Assembly (NCBI RefSeq): GCF_001194135.2
Contig: NC_068990.1
Span: forward strand, 4,005,456-4,069,455
From: Octopus bimaculoides
Lineage: Eukaryota
Length of the DNA: 64,000 nt
Reading direction: 5' to 3'
This document shows, one piece after another, positions 51,886 through 63,849 of this stretch. Each line of letters begins with the position of its first letter. Positions within the stretch are counted from its first letter, which is position 1. The position numbers were made by a program, and so were the translations under genes. Under the pieces are notes generated by a model. That model had not been told where the DNA came from, did not search any database, and was given only the letters and a program-made list of their open reading frames with translations.

Positions 51886-52024
51886 CTGGACATTCTCTAA
51901 GACAGATATCCTGAAAGGTTAACTTATTCTGGTCACCTGAGTGGATTCTCATTCTTTTGCGGTTGTTCCGAATAGATGGACAGCTCTCTACACATGCACC
52001 ATCATCATTCATATGTCTACAGGC
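51886..52024 (-). CDS. EGFR-like: EGFR/ErbB-like receptor exon (end of Cys-rich domain II): ACRHMNDDGACVESCPSIRNNRKRMRIHSGDQNKLTFQDICLRECP
   Basis: Acceptor ttttttcag|GCC, donor CCAG|gtaatg, 139 nt, phase 0->1. The Cys spacing C-x8-C-x3-CP...C-x3-CP matches the furin-like module equivalent to human EGFR exon 7. Confidence 0.93.
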
Positions 52025-53588
52025 CTGAAAAAATATAATAATAATTCTTTGAAACTCAGGAACAAAAGAACACATTCTGTGAATAGAGTCATAATTCAGT
52101 TACAGTGATCCTTGTTGGTACTTTATTTTATTGATGTTGGAAAGGATGAAATACAAAAGCGGCCTCAGTGAAATTTGAACTCAAAACATAAGGCATTTAA
52201 CTATTTACTGCAAGACATTTTGTCTTCTGTTTTCAATAGTACAAGAATAAAACTTAATATTAAACTTCCGTTGTTCAGCATCAAAGCTTGGATGGTGATG
52301 GCTCTATATTTTTTAATTTGCAAGAAAATGCAGCCAAACACCTTCAAGTCACACATTCAATCATCTTAAAAAAGACACGCTAATAATATAGTCATATATA
52401 TATACATATCTGAAAACAGAATGATCACAGTTTGAAGCTCTTTGACCAGGAGTCTGTCTGATCAGGGCTAATCAACATTTGTCTCCACACATCTTTGTAT
52501 TGACACCATTTGGGCTGTGGTGATGTTACTTTATGTCCTGCATACACAGTGCATTCCTCAATTCAGCTGTTCAATGAGCAAAGTGCAATGGAATAAAGAA
52601 CCTTATTTGAAAACAAAAACTGGCATGAGGAAGGTATCAAACTATGAAATATCATCTCAAAAAGTCTTACAGAAAGATGATCAACAAAAATTATACAAAT
52701 AGAACCTGCCCTGTATCACAGAGCAAATCACAGAAAAGACTAGAAAGAATAAAAAGGACTTATTTATCACCATGGCTTCATAGGGGAAACAAGTTGTAGC
52801 ATAGCAGAAAGAATAGAGAAACCCAGAAAGATTATAAAGAAAAGAATACAACATTGTTACTTAACCAACATGGAAATGAAAAACATGATAGCTTGATAAA
52901 CAACATTAAAGTGAAAATTCTATCAATGCACCTGTTTGACTTTACATTAAGGCAAATTGAGGAAGCAATATACGTATTAGTTAAATAATGAACTTCAGAA
53001 AAAGAATGAGTGAAGTAACAACAACCCAGTCTGATATGGTTTCTTTGAAAAAAAAACGGTCAATAATCAGTGAAATGGATTCACCATTTCTCTGCACATC
53101 AAAAGTATAGAATGTATATGTTCACACTTTTTTTATTTCCTCTTACAGCTAAGGCTTTCAAATAACTGGATTTATTTCAGTTCTATTGATTCTTGATGTG
53201 CTATACATAAAATATATATAGTTTATTAACAGTGGGCCATCAGAAGCACAAGATATTCAAAAGAAGTACCCATTACTTTAGGCTTATAAACATGCAAGGG
53301 TTTTTTCCAAGTGTAGAAAACAGATTGTTAAAACAAGTTACTGAATCATATTTCATACATACATATGGCTCAGCATTAGAATGTATACATACACATAGAT
53401 ATAAATCTGCATATGCACGAGTTTGTATATATGCATGTTTAAATACAAACACACACACACATGTATATGTGTGTGTTTGTGTGTGTATGATATAGACATG
53501 TGCTTAAACATGCATACATACAAATTCATGCAGATGCAGATCTTTATTTCTGTATGTATACATTCAAATGCAAAGCTGCATACATACA

Positions 53589-53624
<36 letters not shown>

Positions 53625-53701
53625 TATATGGATATATGCATATGTGAATGTATTTTTCTATGTACCATTATGTATACAAACACACATATACTTTCTCATA
53701 T

Positions 53702-53735
<34 letters not shown>

Positions 53736-54233
53736 ATACCAAAAACCCTTCAAGGCAGTGCACCAGCATAGCTGCAGTCAAATGACTGTTACAAGTAAAT
53801 GAAAGAATGAATGGATCAATGGATGGATGGATGGATGGATGGGTCCAATATAGGTAGAATCAACAAGAAAAGCACTCCATCCAGTTAAAAATAAATATCA
53901 ATTTAATACATATACCGAATGAGTGACGAACAATTTCATGCTTTTATGATACTTCAGATAGACATATCTATAAAATACACCCTATATCTCCAAGCAATCT
54001 TTTAGGCTCTGTTTATGCATTGCATATATTCTAAAAGCTAAGACGTTGGACTGTGAGAAAATAAGACATAATAAGACAGAGAAGAACAAGGTTGATGCAA
54101 AAAATGGAATGAGAAGAAAGAAACAAAAACAAGAAAACTAAGATCCTCCATGATTGCAGAAACCACAGTTAATACAGCTGGCATAGAACAAAATAATAGA
54201 AAATATGGTAAAGTCTGTGAGACAGTAACTTTG

Positions 54234-54264
<31 letters not shown>

Positions 54265-54699
54265 TATAATATTTCTAAATCTCTCAGAGAGATTTAAGCA
54301 GTAGTGGAGCGACAAAGTTGTAGTATATTGTCAACTTAATGTGACAATCCTAATAAGGGAACACACTACTGCCGTTTAGCCCTAGGAAGCTGATATATAT
54401 ATATCAATGTATCACTGTATCATCCAGACCTTCAGGTGTTATACACTGCTGGTCTGCTGGTTACAACATATTTCCTTGAATTGTCGTAGCTTTCGAATGA
54501 GGCCACCTCCACTGTCTTGGCAGTCAGGTCAACATTACCCCTGAATATAATGCCAGCCATCAGAAGGTTACCCATTTACAGTTAAATGGACTGGAACAAT
54601 GTGAAATGAAGCATTTTGCTCAAGAACACAATGTACTGCTACTCTAGGAATTAAAACCACGAACTTGTAATCATGAGTGCAACACCTTAACCACGAGGC

Positions 54700-54739
<40 letters not shown>

Positions 54740-55072
54740 AGTAAATGTAGGGATAAGCAGGTTAGACAAATATATAAAATACATTAAATACAAAAAAATG
54801 TATACATGTTTACATACAAAAAGTTCCAACTTACACAGAATACAAATGATATAGAGAATTAAAGGGGTTGAAGAAAAGTATTACAAATCCAACAGTTGTT
54901 TCTGGGGTTTAGCAGTCCAAAATAATGTTTGTAGATTGATTCCATCATAAGATAAGATAAGCCTCTGTCTTCAAGGAAGAGATCCACTATAAGTTGTTGT
55001 GGACTCATAGTTGATTAGCTGACCAACACCTTACAGTTTCATCAGTTTCATGAGAGCTTCAAATATATGTAT

Positions 55073-55107
<35 letters not shown>

Positions 55108-55534
55108 CACACGAGGGAGTGCAGAAAAGATCCTGGCTTTGGGTAAAAGAAAATACAGGAGAACCAGTTAATTATGATTCTATTCAACATATTCCCTTCT
55201 TAGCTTCACACACTTATTGCAGTGGTCCTTCAGTTTTTATAAGCTCTGCAAAAGAACCAGGAAGGTTGAGCCTCCAGCCAGGCCTATCACAATTCCCTTA
55301 AAGCTAAGAACTTTTCAGCACCCCCTCATACATATATTCTTTTATTTGTTTCAGTCATTTGACTGTGGCCATGCTGGAGCACTGCCTTTAGTCAAACAAA
55401 TCGACCCAAGGACTTATTCTTTGTAAGCCTAGTACTTATTCTATCGGTCTCCTTTTGCCGAACCACTAAGTTATGGGGACATAAGCACACCAGCATTGGT
55501 TGTCAAATGATGGTGGGGGTGGGGGGACAAAGAT

Positions 55535-55571
<37 letters not shown>

Positions 55572-55656
55572 AATAAGGATAAGATTGATATTTAAAATAT
55601 TGATTTTATCAAGTGGCCAGCATGGGAATAAAAACCATCAAAGGTAACAATTATTT

Positions 55657-55915
55657 AAAATTATAATATAGGGTATCTAAGAGATACTGCTACGCTGAAA
55701 AATAGCAGTCAAATCTTGACTCTAAACCACAATAAATGTTCATATAGCACAAAGAGCGAAGACGAAGATAAAATAAACTAGCAAATTAGTAATTTTTGCT
55801 AGTTTATTTTGTTTCTTCGTCTGCGCTCTTGGTGCTATATGAACAGTTATTGTGGTTTAGAGTCAAGATTTGACTGTTATTTTCAGCGTGGCGGTATCTC
55901 TTAGATACCCTATAT

Positions 55916-55924
<9 letters not shown>
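55657..55924. repeat. 268-bp palindrome/hairpin
   Basis: aaaattataatatagggtatctaagagatac...aaactagcaaa / tttgctagttt...gtatctcttagataccctatattataatttt, centred near 55789. Confidence 0.92.
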
Positions 55925-55954
<30 letters not shown>

Positions 55955-57023
55955 NNNNNNNNNNNNNNNNNNNNNNNNNNNNNNNNNNNNNNNNNNNNNN
56001 NNNNNNNNNNNNNNNNNNNNNNNNNNNNNNNNNNNNNNNNNNNNNNNNNNNNNNNNNNNNNNNNNNNNNNNNNNNNNNNNNNNNNNNNNNNNNNNNNNNN
56101 NNNNNNNNNNNNNNNNNNNNNNNNNNNNNNNNNNNNNNNNNNNNNNNNNNNNNNNNNNNNNNNNNNNNNNNNNNNNNNNNNNNNNNNNNNNNNNNNNNNN
56201 NNNNNNNNNNNNNNNNNNNNNNNNNNNNNNNNNNNNNNNNNNNNNNNNNNNNNNNNNNNNNNNNNNNNNNNNNNNNNNNNNNNNNNNNNNNNNNNNNNNN
56301 NNNNNNNNNNNNNNNNNNNNNNNNNNNNNNNNNNNNNNNNNNNNNNNNNNNNNNNNNNNNNNNNNNNNNNNNNNNNATATATATATATATATATATACAA
56401 AGGGTTTCTTTTAGTTTCCATCTACCATATCCATTCACAAGGTTTGGTCAGACCAAGACTTTAGAAGACACTCAACCAAAATGCCACACAGTAGGATTGA
56501 ACCCAGAACCATGTGGTTGAGAAGTGAGTACACATCCATATATAAACAAATATATAAATACAAACTACCACAAGTGCACTTGCACATATATGTATCAAAG
56601 ACTGAAATATATACACAAATGCACACACACACACACACGTGCATTTGTGTGTGTGTGTGCACACTGATAAGAATATATTCAAAAGTATGGACAAATAAAA
56701 GTAAAAATCTACCATTTAAAAGTGAATCATGTTAATATGAGGTCATGGCAGCTATTAATCTTTATGGAAGGCGGAAACCATACATACTAGATGTTATGCA
56801 TATGACCATAGTAGAAAAAAAAAACAAAAAAAAACAGATTCTTCAAAGGAACATAACAAAGAATGCAGTGTGGTGTTGTATGGCATGGCATGGTGTGATG
56901 TCGTGTCATGCTATGGATGTGGGAAAATGAATGATGAAAAAAAAATATAAAAAAATTAATACTATAATGTAAGAGAGAGAGAGAATGAGGAAGGGTGTGT
57001 GAGAGATACAGATAGACAGAGAG

Positions 57024-57064
<41 letters not shown>

Positions 57065-57316
57065 GGATGGATTCCATTCTATATGAAATAATGAAAATAG
57101 CAATTATGTATCAGAGAGAAGGTTAGGGTCTTGGCATATTCATTTGAGTGTCTGGATATACAGCATGACTTTACTCCCAATAGTGAATGGGATTTTCAAT
57201 TAAAGCTCTCTTTCTCTCTCTCTCTCTCCCCCCATCTCTATCTTACCTCTCTCTCTTGCCCTCTCCCTCTCACACTCTCTCTCTCTTCCTCTCACTTTCT
57301 ACCACACTGCCTCCTC

Positions 57317-57359
<43 letters not shown>

Positions 57360-57960
57360 CTATTTATCTTAATTTGCATTTCATCATCACAGTTTGGAAC
57401 TCTCCCAGGATATTTAGACAGTTCATGCCTATTTGATGTGACTATGAAGGACAACAACAAGAATGGTTTTTTGTGGGGTGTTTTTTTGTTTTTTTTGCCA
57501 TTACAAGGATAACATACTACAGAAAATAATTTTAGACACAACCTCCACTACCACCACTACCACTGCCAATAATAATAATAAAAATAATAATGATGACAAT
57601 GGTGGTGGTGATGATGATGATGACCAAATTGTTTCCATTTATTGGATATGATCCCCCCCCCACTCCACTACAATCACATATGCACTTCCTGAACCTATGT
57701 CTAAGTCAACCTATATTATAACCTATTTTATAAATATAAGAAAAATGAAAAATAAAATACAATAAAATGAAATAACTGACATAAAAAAGGCACAAATGAT
57801 CACCAAAGACAAATATTTCAAACACTAGTTATGTTATTTTGGGTATATTTTTTTTCCCAGATTTATTTATTTGAATTGTCTTCATCAACTATACATAATT
57901 AATTCGTATTTCTAATGGTATTATAATTAGAAATTGTTGAGCTGATAATAAATTACTAGC

Positions 57961-57991
<31 letters not shown>

Positions 57992-57998
57992 TATTATA

Positions 57999-58033
<35 letters not shown>

Positions 58034-58273
58034 CCTTTCTACTAAAGGCACAAGGCCTGAAATTTGGGAGAGAGAGAACTAGTTGATTACATCAACTCCA
58101 GTGTTTCACTGGTACTTAAATTATCGACCCCAAAAAGATGAAAGGCAAAGTTGACCTCAGCAAAATTTGAACTCGGAACGTAGCAACAGGCAAAATACTG
58201 CTTAGCATTTTGTCCAGCGTGTTAATGATTCTACCAGCTCACTGCCTTAACAACAACAACAATAATAATAATA

Positions 58274-58720
58274 AAGTGTTATCATATACATGTTTTATCT
58301 TGATGTAAAAGATGGGCTGCAGCAAATATTCTGCTCAATACCACAGATTTGCTTGTGTTTGACCTCAACCAGTTGAGCATGTCCCTTAGTGGCTGACGAT
58401 ATGTGCATCTCTGATCATAAGCAGGAGTAATTGGGGAGCATCATAGCCATGCGTTGAGAGGAATTCTTTATGGTTTGAATAATTCACTTTTGGAAACAAC
58501 CCTTATTCAGGGACCTTTTGAGCTGGATGGGCTACTCAGTATGAAGAAAACTCTAACAGGACCCCACCTGCAAGGTCATGTGCTGTTTATCTTGATATAA
58601 CATTACCATATTTGTGATGCGGGTGCCCAGTGTACCCTTATCAAATGGGTAGTCATGATGGGTATATTGGGCTTTGTGTATCTGTATCAAGTGTCACTTT
58701 GATGGCATACACTACTTTAT
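58274..58720 (+). mobile_element. Non-coding dispersed repeat, copy 2 of the 14093-14687 family
   Basis: Same shared blocks with an internal deletion. Begins right after an (AAC/AAT)n run. Confidence 0.8.
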
Positions 58721-60811
58721 GGTTTATAATTTAAGCAAAGGTTGGTAATTTTCAATATGGGAGTAAGTCAATTACATCAACCCCAGTACTTCGCTGGTGA
58801 TTTATTTTATCAAGCCTGGTTGAATGTAAGTTGACCTTAGCAAGATTTGAACCCGGAATATAAAGAACTGAAAGAAATGCTTTTGCCAGCTTGCTGCCAT
58901 GAAAAATGATGATGATGATGATGATAATTCTTTCTACAATAGGTAGAACTAAAATTTGGGGGAAAGGGATAAGTTAATTACAATAACCTGTCTTCAACTG
59001 GTACATGTTTCACCAACCTCATAAGGATGAACAGCAAAGTCAATGAGGACATAAAACTGGATGAAATGCAGCTGAGAATGTTGTCCAGTGTGCCAAGATT
59101 CTGCCAGCTCACTGCCTTTAAGAGTAATAATGATAATTCTTTCTACAACAGGCACAAGGCCTGAAATTTTGAGGAAGTGAGATAATTGATTATTTCTGCC
59201 TAATCATCATCTAGGTCATTCAGAGGAAAGTGCCCTCTCCATGTATTTTGAATAAATTTAGTTTTCATCCATCTATTTTCCTATCTTTTCTTCCTTCTCT
59301 GATGGTCTATTACTCCTCTCCAGATTCCATTTTCTTCCCATCATGATGATGAGATGGTACAGCTGGTTGAGACCGAGGAGGAGACAAATGGTCTCAACTT
59401 CTGGTTTCAGGGTTGAGGTGTGTCTTTCAAATATCTTTGGAGCTGCAGCCAATACTACAACAGGTAGTACTTTTAGAGCAGCAACCTCCAGGATTTGCCG
59501 TTGTTGATATTTCTGTTTCTGTCCACTGCTTGTTATCTTCCTTAACATTTCCAATTCCTCAGAGCAGAAAGTACTCAAATGGCTCTCACTCCAACATGGA
59601 CATTAGCTGGCCTTTCTACCTTGCACCATTAATTACATTGCATTATTTTTCTTTCTGTTTTTTTTTTGTTCTTTGTTTTAACACTGACAATGGCAATAAA
59701 GTGCAATTTTGAAATTGCTGCAATTCAAAAGAAAAAATTTGAAGTTGTCTAAACTGACTCCCTCCTGACCATATAATAATTTTCATCACTTGTGTACTGA
59801 ACATCTGCCTCTGTAGCACGGCATAAATAACAATAAACCAAGAGTCAATGGCTATAATACAGCGTGAGTCTATGGACAGGCATGTATTGCACCTGCTTGG
59901 TCAGTTACCTCATCATCAGTCTTGGAAACCATGCTGGTATCCCCATGTGGTATCCCACATCATCCTCCTCTCCACACACAAACTGAATGCGCCCTCTGCA
60001 TTTCCTTTTGCCTATTCTTGGGCAAGGAGATATGCTCATTTATAAATTCTTCCACAACGAAGACAACTCTGTTATTTATCATCTCCATTGCAAGCATAAC
60101 ACTCTGCTAAGTTAACCTTGTGGTCACTCGGCCTGCTAGAAATAGCAGCCATATCTCACTTCAAAAAATCTTCCAATCAACCAGAAATGAATGTGTGCTA
60201 ACTTCAGTAGGTGTGTCTGCTATCATAGTGCTTGGTTGACCAAATCATTGTGGTTGAAATTTGGTAGAAAGAAACTGCATGATAGCCCAAAAGAAAGACA
60301 CCCCATGTTCTTGGAAGCTGGGTAATATCCATGCCCTGTTTTCAACCCTTTTGACAGCAACCGGCCTGAAACTGCCACTGATTTTATGACACAAACTTCA
60401 TTATCATCACCATCATCATCATTTAATGTCCATTGTCCATGCTGGCATGGTTTGGATGGTTTGACCAGGGTTGGCAAGCTGGAAGGCTGTACCAGACTCC
60501 AGTCTTAGTTGGAATGGTTTCGATGGCTGGATGCCCTTCCAAACGCCAACCACTCCAAGAGTGTATTGGGTGCTTTTACATGCCATCAGCATGCAAACTT
60601 CTAATTTAAAACTGATCTGGATTAAAACCTTCAATCAAAACTTTATGTTAATCCGTGTTCCGAACGCCAGCATAATAATGACAAAGATATTTTACTAAAT
60701 TCTTCATTTATTTCAAAATGAACTTATGCAAAGACAGTGTGTGGTAACAAAAGTGTTAACACCATCACCAGACCACTGAATGCCTTTAGGAGAATAAACT
60801 TTGTTGCAAGG

Positions 60812-60864
60812 TTAAGGGTTAGGATTAGGATTAGGGTTAGGATTGGGATTGGATTAGGGTTAGG
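60812..60864 (+). repeat. Degenerate (TTAGGG/TTAGGA)n telomere-like tract
   Basis: About nine hexamers; exact TTAGGG at 60831 and 60854. Confidence 0.75.
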
Positions 60865-61659
60865 TCTGAAGATAACATACTCCCACAATCTGGAAAGGCC
60901 TTAAAAGGGTTACTGATGTTGCCAATCCTCTTCTGAGAAAAGCAACAGCATTAAAAACAAAGAAAAACAAAGAAAAATTTATTTTCTCTATAATTTGAGA
61001 CTATTTTAAACTTATTTTTTTTTTTTTTTAGCTTTGTTAAATAAAAATTACAAAAATGTTTCATATTTTCATATTTGTTTTTTCTTTTTTTTCTCCATTT
61101 CTCTTTGGTATTTGACCAACAAATGATCTAATTTCTTTCTTTTATCTTCTTTTTTAAACAAAAACAATAGAAAATGAGTGTAAAACAATAGCTACAATTT
61201 ATTTATCTCAAAAAATCCCAAACACACACACATACATACATACACACACACACACGCATATGCACACTGTCATTTTGACAGTCTTTCTCCACCGATCTCT
61301 CTCTCTCTCTCTCACTTTCTCCCTCTCTCTCAGTTTTGAATATAAAATTTTCTCTTTTTTGTTTTTTAATAGCAAAAATGTACCGAGTCACCCCAAGGAT
61401 AATTACAAATGTGAAACAGAAAAAATAAATAAATATACAAACAAACAAACAAACAAACAAACAAATAAAATGGAAGAAAAAGAAGATGTGTGTTAGATGC
61501 AATAATAATGATGCATCCGCAGAGAAATGATGATCTAATTGGTAGCTATGGTAATTTGTTGAAAGTCAAATAAAAGATTTGAAGTTCACCTAATAATAGT
61601 GAGAAATAGTTGCGATGAGGAGGAGGGTGTGTGGGTGTGTGTGTGTAGTAGGGTTGTTG

Positions 61660-62370
61660 TTTCTTGATTTGGTGGTTGTCATAGTGGTGGTCGTGGTCGA
61701 AGGGTTTGTTATAAGTGGTGATGGTTGTGACATTAGAGGCGGTGGAGGTGATGGCAATGATTGCTGGGGGGGNNNNNNNNNNNNNNNNNNNNNNNNNNNN
61801 NNNNNNNNNNGGGGGGGGGGGTTCTGATAGTATGAGTGGTTGTGAAAGTGGTTGTGGTTGTGGTTGTAGTTGCAGCAGTGGTGGTAGTAGTTGTGCAGAT
61901 GGTGGCTATGGTCTTCATTGTAGTGGTAGTAGTAATTATAGTGGTAGTCGTGGTTATGGTAATGGTTATAGTGGTGAAGGTTTTGGTGCTAGTGGTTAGG
62001 GTTCTGGTAGCATGGGATGTTGTAGTGATTGTGGTTGTGGTAGTGATGGTTGTGGTTGTGGTAGTGGCTGTAGTGGTGATGGTAGTTGTTGTGGTGACTG
62101 TTGTAGTGTAAGTAGCAGTTGCAATGGCAGTGTTTGGGTTTTTTATAGATAGTTGTGGTGGTAGTGTTAATAACAATTGTGTTGGTGGTGGTGGTGGTAG
62201 TGGTGATTGTCACCTTGATTGTGATAGTGGTTATGGTGGTATGAGTTGTAGTAATAATAGTAGAGATGATTGTGATGGTGGTCGTAGTAGCAGTGGTCGT
62301 AGTATGAGTAGTTCTTGTAGTAATAATGCGGTGGTGGTGGTGGTGGCGGTGGCAGTAGTAGTGGTTGTAG
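61660..62370. repeat. Cryptic (GGT/GTT/GTA)n trinucleotide low-complexity region
   Basis: Directly visible; generates the poly-V/poly-T/poly-G pseudo-ORFs. Confidence 0.9.
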
Positions 62371-62635
62371 TTAGTCTTTTATCTTTTTACTTGTTTCATT
62401 CGTTGGATTGCGTCCAAGCTGGGGCATCACACCTGATGCGTATTTTGAGTCAAAGAGATTGCTGACATCAGTGCCGCTTATTCTATTGGTCTCTTTTGCT
62501 GAACTACTAAGTTACAGAGACGTAAACAAACCAATACACATTTTCAAGTATTGAAGGGAAACAAACACAAATACACACACATACACATAAATATATATAA
62601 TTGAAAGAAGCCCAGTGTATATCAAAATATAGGTA

Positions 62636-63303
62636 TGTGGTCTGATCAATAAGTGTCCGGATTGTTGCCTTAGTAACGAAGCTAAAGCACACAGAGTGAA
62701 GTTGCTAGGCACAGATTGAACTTGAACTCTGCTGTGCATAAGCACTAAGTTTTAACATTTTTGCTCACTTCTGCTATTTACAGCAGTGCTTGGAAGGAAG
62801 GTGTGTAGCTTGTGATCATCGCATTGACCATGACTGAGAAAGTTGAGCAGGGAATCTGCATCAAATCTTGCCAAAAGCTTGGTGATATGCAATGTTTTCA
62901 AAAAGTTTTCAGCGTTCTCAACACAATCAAGATCTTGTGCAACTGAAACCCAAGTGTCTTTTTGGTCAGCTAAAAGCAGTTGTGGCACAAACATGGCAGA
63001 CATGCATCTCATACCTAAATCTTCAGTGATAATGGATTGAACTGAACTGTAACTAATTTGTACATCCTCTGATAACTCATGGATGGTGATTCAACGATTT
63101 CACCTCACAGCTGCGCACACATCTGCAGTGTTTTTCTCACTTCTGCTGGTTGCAGGTCTCCAAGAACGTTCATCAATATCAACATTTTTTCAGCCATCTC
63201 GGAAACGTCTGAACCACTCATACACTTGCGTGCAGCTCGTACATTCCTCTCCATACACTTTCTGCAACCTTGCGTAGGCCTCTGAGCAGGTATCACCATG
63301 ACA
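62636..63303. mobile_element. Rearranged mariner fragment
   Basis: 5' TIR after TA, then MTEKVEQGICIKSCQKLGD on the plus strand. The continuation GDTCSEAYARLQKVYGEEC...VYEWFRRFRDG...TIHELSEDVQIS...IITEDLGMR lies on the minus strand. Confidence 0.85.
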
Positions 63304-63472
63304 ACTTTCTCTGCACCTTGGGCAAGTGTCTTCTACTATAACCTCAGGCTGACCAAAGCCTTTGGAGTGGATTTGGTAGATGGAAACTGGAAGAAGCCCA
63401 TCGTACATACATATATATATATATATATATATCACAGTTTAATGACTGAAATAAGTAAAAGAAAAATGATAA

Positions 63473-63505
<33 letters not shown>

Positions 63506-63805
63506 NNNNNNNNNNNNNNNNNNNNNNNNNNNNNNNNNNNNNNNNNNNNNNNNNNNNNNNNNNNNNNNNNNNNNNNNNNNNNNNNNNNNNNNNNNNNNNN
63601 NNNNNNNNNNNNNNNNNNNNNNNNNNNNNNNNNNNNNNNNNNNNNNNNNNNTCCATACACTTTCTGCAACCTTGCGTAGGCCTCTGAGCAGGTATCACCA
63701 TGACAACTTTCTCTGCACCTTGGGCAAGTGTCTTCTACTATAACCTCAGGCTGACCAAAGCCTTTGGAGTGGATTTGGTAGATGGAAACTGGAAGAAGCC
63801 CATCG

Positions 63806-63849
<44 letters not shown>

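Noticed and set aside
28641-52024. Insulin/IGF receptor or furin-type protease as identity of the gene
   Set aside because: L2 is followed by a second furin-like Cys-rich domain (GCWGP), not fibronectin-III repeats, and no subtilisin domain is seen; this is the EGFR architecture.
59273-59600. Cys-containing frame (GGCCSKSTTCCSIGCSS) as the upstream EGFR domain II exon
   Set aside because: The Cys spacing does not fit CCHxxCxGGCxGP, there is an in-frame stop, and no flanking splice sites; the 5' exons are presumed outside the window.
63250-63830. Exact 170-bp duplication (about 63250-63420 and 63653-63820)
   Set aside because: The copies are identical and sit either side of a (TA)n-flanked N gap, typical of unmerged contig overlap.
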